A DNA stretch of 63,850 nucleotides, the filler included, from Dimargaris cristalligena (lineage: Eukaryota), in assembly GCA_003614675.1 (NCBI GenBank). It is 23 parts of 23 records of this genome, joined end to end, with 100 filler letters (N's around TTAATTAATTAA, not from the genome) between each part and the next. Parts side by side here need not be neighbours in the genome. Positions count along the whole stretch, not along the records: positions 58,460 to 61,109 come from ML004148.1; positions 61,210 to 63,850 come from ML004149.1; 21 more parts are not named here. One strand, given 5' to 3'. Of the stretch, positions 58,521 through 63,850 are shown in pieces. The position numbers were made by a program, and so were the translations under genes. The stretch's first letter is position 1, and the number at the start of each line of letters is the position of its first letter. The notes beneath the pieces are model-generated. The model did no database searches, was not told the DNA's origin, and saw nothing but the letters and a program-made list of their open reading frames with translations.

Positions 58521-61209
58521 TTATGTAATAGAAGCCTTCAGTCAATAACCTTGGTCATATCCCTCTATCCCAGGTCCAAATATCACAGGAATAATACCTT
58601 AGACCATAACACCATTCAATTATGCCTAACCATAATCCAATGACCATCTTACTATAGATATTTTAATTACAGTAGCTATTGATGAAGCCATTTGACTAGG
58701 CCACAAAGTGAATGCTTAGGTATTGTTTTCCCATAAAGGTATTGGGATAAATGCATGGTTGCTATTCACTTTAAAGAGATAGTTAGGTACCAGTACCATA
58801 TAAATACAAGCAAATTTCACCCCTGGTATCCATACCACATACTTATCCACTTACCACCTTGCATTTACATCCACATGTCTCAAACTTTTATAGTCTTTCC
58901 CTCCTCGACTACACCTCCCTTTCTCTCCCTCTCCCCTCCTGCAATGGCCAGAACCAGGCCCTTCTCTTCCCGGTGGCCATATTTATGAAATCATATGGGC
59001 CCCTCCCTGCAGCAATGTGGAGAACAATTTTACTTAGTCACCCCCAACAGGATGACTCTGGGTATCCTTCTTTTACCTTGAAGGATTGCCCAGTCTATGA
59101 CCCCAAACATGAGCTCTCCAAGGCTGACCAGGGTCAAGCTAAAAACTTAGCCTCTAGCTGAACAAATGGCTTAGAGGTGCCTGCCAAAGTGCAGATTAAA
59201 TGCAATTTGCTTCTTGTATATTTATATTTATATTTATATAGATATACATATATTTAGATGTATTTAGCAGGCTATATCATCCTTTTTATATTCAGATTTC
59301 TATTCATTGAATTAGTCCTATCAATAAACCAATCTATCATTTTTGAAATTAGCATAGGATAAAATCCCAGAATAAAGCAATTGGGCTGAATTATTACATA
59401 CACCTGTCATAATGCCTCCGTGGTGATGTGGATAATGGAGGAGCTTTGGACGAGTGCCTTTGTCTGTTTTGATGGAAACTACTGAATCATCCAGCCGAAA
59501 CAGCTACACTAATATATAAAAATACCAAGGCTTACTACATATACCAGTTGGTGTGGTATTTTCGGTCTTTCTCTAAATTGACAGCACTGTTGATTAACGT
59601 TTCTATAAAAACAAGTGTCGGTAACTACAAATACACTATATATCAGCCCATTGAAATGTTCATTGCAGTTTTGAGGGATAATTACATGATAGCAATGGCT
59701 ATGCCATTTCTATATTAATTTAACTGAACCAATATGTTTTCACGATCTGGCATGCAAAATATTATGTTTATACTCAGATTGGATTTAAGACAATTAGTGG
59801 TACGCACACGTATCTAGAGCCCTGTGATATTAATTTCTTAATGGGTTTGAAAGATACTAAATCTAAGCAGCCCGTTTCCGGGTCAAACAATCTGCAGATG
59901 TTAGTGTAGGCGACCAACTGAAGAGCCCATGAGCGAGACCACCGCCTTGGGGTTAAATTTATTTAGATGTATTCACCACCGGGTTAGGTAAACTACAATC
60001 GCCTTGGCAGTGTAAATAAAGTTAGATAAACATGACCGTCATTGCCTTAGTCATATAGATACATATATATGCCCTTGTTATTATAATAATGAAATCTCTC
60101 CCCTTTTTGAGAGTGTGGAAACCTGAGCTAAGAAAAAAGGTGCGTCACCACCCTGTTGATGTATGAAAAGTGGCAAACTTGACTAAGGGTTATTTAAGTT
60201 AGCCCCATACATTTTTACGGAACAAATATAGCACCTTTAGTATAGCACCTGTTAATGAGTAATTGAGCAAGTGGATAGCTAAATAGGATAGTGGTTTATT
60301 GGAACATGAACACTAATAATATATTGTATAATAGTAGTGTTTGGATAATAGGTTGTAAGTGAATATGGGGATAGTCACCTAAAGTTTGCCAGAATCCCAT
60401 TTGGCCCTTTCTTTATATTGGAGGATCAAATGGCCAAGTAGAGAAGAGCATGAATGGCCACACCTATTATCTGTATGCAGGGTCTAAATCCTGGACCGGT
60501 CTAAGGTTAGGATTGAGTGCAACATCACCAGTGGCCTGGAAGTACGCATATAATAGCGGGCTATATGTAAATGATACTGAGTCAGTTCTAGCTATATAGC
60601 CAAGTTCTTATCCTCTGGGGTGGTTCTACCCTGGATATGGGACGCTGGTCTGTATGGTTGGTGCTGGGTACCGCAGTCGGCTCAGCATTGGCACTCCTTT
60701 GGTATAAAGATAGATATATGGATAATAATAGTAATAATTATTGGGCAGCAGTTCTCATCAATCAGGCATTGAGGAGAGTTTGGGATTAGGGGACCGGAAA
60801 TACTAAGGGTTATATATAAATAGTTAGCCTCATGTATTTTTACGAAAAATAGCAGCTTTATAATATAGATAGATAGAATCAGAAATATAGATGGCCCAAT
60901 GGCAGATGTAAACACGGTGTTGTGGTTGCAATTAATGCCACAAGGTAATATAGCCCGATAACCTTATCAGGGCCAACTGGAGCAGCCTCAGTTTAGTGGG
61001 AAAAACTAACTAGCTAAGTGAAACACACACTTCGGTGGGGACAATTCTTATCTGATCTTCAGATAGGGACAACTAGGGTAACCGGGGATCACACAGGGAT
61101 CCTTCTAGTNNNNNNNNNNNNNNNNNNNNNNNNNNNNNNNNNNNNNNNNNNNNTTAATTAATTAANNNNNNNNNNNNNNNNNNNNNNNNNNNNNNNNNNN
61201 NNNNNNNNN

Positions 61210-61645
61210 TATCACCAAGATAAGTTTTTATTAATAAAGAATAAATATCTACCTTTAACTTCACCAGCATTTTACACAGTTTACCCACTGAAAGACTTCA
61301 ACCGGAAGTCACATTTTTGTTTTCTTATATCTTTTATTTTATTTCCCTTACCCAGTTTACCAGCACGCAGCCACCGTGGCTCATCCAACTCCCAACTCCG
61401 ACGACAGGAGCATAGGATCCATCAACCTGGAGTTGATTCCACCACACCCCAGTACCGCCTCCGAGCACAGTTCCGATCCCATCCGTATCGCCGAAGGACC
61501 GCTGCCCGAATTCGGTATGTTCCACCTAGGTTCCCCGAGCCCTCCAAACCCGACGTCCGGTGGCCCATCCAATCCCGAGCATAGCGCGGGGCTCAGCCCC
61601 AGCCTTAGTCCCGGGAGAGGGGTTCCTCAAATCACCGGCCCAACA
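61210..61645 (+). mobile_element. LTR family D 3' part (ends GGCCCAACA)
   Basis: Homologous to the reverse complement of 6304-6740, including the short ORF (MAHPTPNSDD vs MASPVPNSDD). Confidence 0.65.
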
Positions 61646-61826
61646 TATGTCCAGTTTCTTATACCTGAAGCGAGTTTCTGTGCAAATGGAAAACAACCAA
61701 TTATCTATTCTCATAATATACATTATACCTTTCTATATATCTGAATTTACTTCTTCACAATCAGTAGCAACAGCCATCTTCCAGTATCTCATATATTAAA
61801 AATATATAATCTAAATATGTATTTTG

Positions 61827-63795
61827 CTACAGTTCAAGTTTACAGCCTGTACCTGCTATTTGCATAATAGGGCGATTACCCCTTCTATCATGGGAATAAT
61901 TCGTCAGGACCGATCGGGCCACATTCTTATGCAGAGTTGGCCGGTTGTAATAGTCCATAAACGTAGTCCTGACGCGCCAATTTGCCGCTTTCATAATCTC
62001 TTCCTGGCTAAACCCGAGTTGGTAGGCCGCTGTAGACGCGGCAGCCCGAATGGAATGGGCCGAAAAGATGTTGGTATCGACCTGGGCCTCCTGTAACAGG
62101 GATTTGATCTAGTTACCCAGAGTATCCTCCGACGCCATATGGCCATGCTTGGTAATGAATAGGGCCTGTTCTTTAGGTTGACGGAAGGTATAGGGCTTGT
62201 TAATGTAAAACCGGGTATTACGGACCGGGCATAGTCGGGAACTATCTTCCAAGGCCTGGATGTTGATCGATTTTCGTTTACCCTCTTTGGCATGGTATGC
62301 CGTAATCATCATGACCTCAGGCTGGTCACTCTCCTGGTGAAAAGTTACAGAATCCAGGGTTACTCGGGCAAAATCACTACGCGGTCGCCACATGGTGGTT
62401 AGACACAGTATGGTTAAGACTTTCTGGCAGAGTCGGTGCCACAGCAATGCATCATTATCCGGAAGGTTGGCCAAATGGTCAATAAGCTGTTCCACCCGCC
62501 AGATGGGGGGTTTCTCAGTAGGCTGCACTAAATGGTCCAAGCTTCACACAAACAGATTGAGATGTTGGTGTTTTGATACTGGATGACCTGGGTACCTGAT
62601 GTCCCAGGTAGAAATAATAGCCACCTTGTGGAGTTTGATGGTATGGATACTGGCCATTTTGGAAAGTTTAGACAGATAATTTAACAGGGTTAAGGCATCT
62701 GGTTGGCAATGATTCTTTTGGCGAGATAGGCACCAATGGGCAAACTTTTTCCAGGCATACTGGTAGGCCTTGTTAGTATTGTTACACAGTCCCTGGCAGA
62801 CACTGGTAGCAATTGCCAGTGAAACACCCTGCTTTTTGAGGATTGCCCTGATATCTTCTAGGTGATTAATAGGAGCTGCAGGGTCGGTAGTAATAGTGGA
62901 TAATCTACAACTATTGGGAGTAGGCGAGGAAACCAGGATTGGGTCTGCCAATATGGGGTCACTAGGGCCAGGGTCAATTTGCATTGCAGAACCTGATTGA
63001 TCACATGGTGGATCTGGTTCCATGGTGGAAAGGCATAGGTGTTTTCCTAAGGCCAAGGGAATTGAAATGCGTCCTTTGAAGGTTTCTGCCAGTGGGGATA
63101 AAGGTAATAATACTGGGGAAGTTGATGATGGAGGGGACTGGCAAAGAGGTCGATCCCCAGTGGCCCCCATTTCGAATTCAGGTGCCAGAATAATGGGACT
63201 GGGAGTACTAATTCCCGATAGGCTGGGGTTATCCTGCTCAACTGATTGGCTTCAGTATTGCAGTTGCCTAGGATATGCACCGCCTTCAGAGTTAAATTTC
63301 GGTGGGTTAATTTGTTGGAAATCACAAGGGCTAGTGATTGCAGGGCTGGTACTTGAGTACCCCCCTGCCAATTGATATACTTTAGGACAGTGGTATTGTC
63401 TATCCAAAGTAATAGGGACTGGTCCCAAACCTGAGCTGGTAGTTGATTGATAGCCAGTTCGACCACCTTGAGTTCCTTCCAATTGATGGTTTGTAACTGG
63501 TTGGTGGGGGACCAGAGTCTGGCCTGACAGAGGACCAGGCTCACAATCCCATAGCCTGTTTCAGATGCATCTGTGAAGATGGTCATAGTAGGCAGTGGGT
63601 CCCTGTGCAGGGGTTTCCCTGAATTGGTCTGCACTTGTTGGGCCCACCATTCTAACTCCAGTTGGGCCCAGGGTTTGATTTGAATGGGCTTGGTCTACAT
63701 CTGATTCTGCTGGATTAAGCAGCACTGGAGTTGGCATAGGTGGATTAGTCTATTAGGTACCGCTGTGGCAAGGTAGAGTGTCCCCTTGATTGCCA
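61827..63795 (-). mobile_element. Decayed DIRS-type tyrosine-recombinase retrotransposon (RT C-terminus, RNase H, methyltransferase-like domain, YR)
   Basis: RNase H motifs IFTDASETGYG, INWKEL, IDNTT, GGT, NTEANQLSR; MT-like IDLFAS...DAF.FPW...YAFPPW. Overlapping YR with TNKAYQYAWKKFAHWC, TMWRPRSD, CPV, AHSIRAAAS, ANW, TFMDYY; stops at 62544 and 62109. Confidence 0.92.
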
Positions 63796-63850
63796 CAGGT
63801 ATAAAGTATTACTATTTGATTATTATATTTATATATAAGGTATGAAGCGG

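Overview
This window is not contiguous DNA. It is 23 unrelated short contigs (about 2.55-2.74 kb, essentially sorted by decreasing length) joined by artificial 100-nt spacers (44 N + TTAATTAATTAA + 44 N), so neighbourhood across spacers means nothing. Most contigs are from an early-diverging fungus; the intron-poor housekeeping genes, an NRPS start and orphan secreted proteins suggest Dimargaritales/Zoopagomycota, which is inference only. Recognisable host genes are mitochondrial MnSOD, a 5-exon PLP-homeostasis protein (PLPBP/YggS, missed by the ORF track), CHMP7 exon 1, DGAT2, TFIIIB Bdp1, a Bud4/anillin-like PH protein, an NRPS N-terminus and a broken SKI3 fragment. Mobile DNA includes at least four LTR families (one nested pair with intact target-site duplications), a decayed DIRS retroelement, and a tyrosine-recombinase pseudogene enclosed by 742-bp inverted repeats. 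One contig (30850-33535) is bacterial: PilV pilus-tip adhesin, a secreted protein, an RHH regulator and a CAP lipoprotein. The most unusual contig (36415-39092) is a non-coding modular array. In it, a GCGAAGC-minihairpin motif and a covarying 20-21-nt hairpin are separated by unique spacers of fixed length (17-19 nt).
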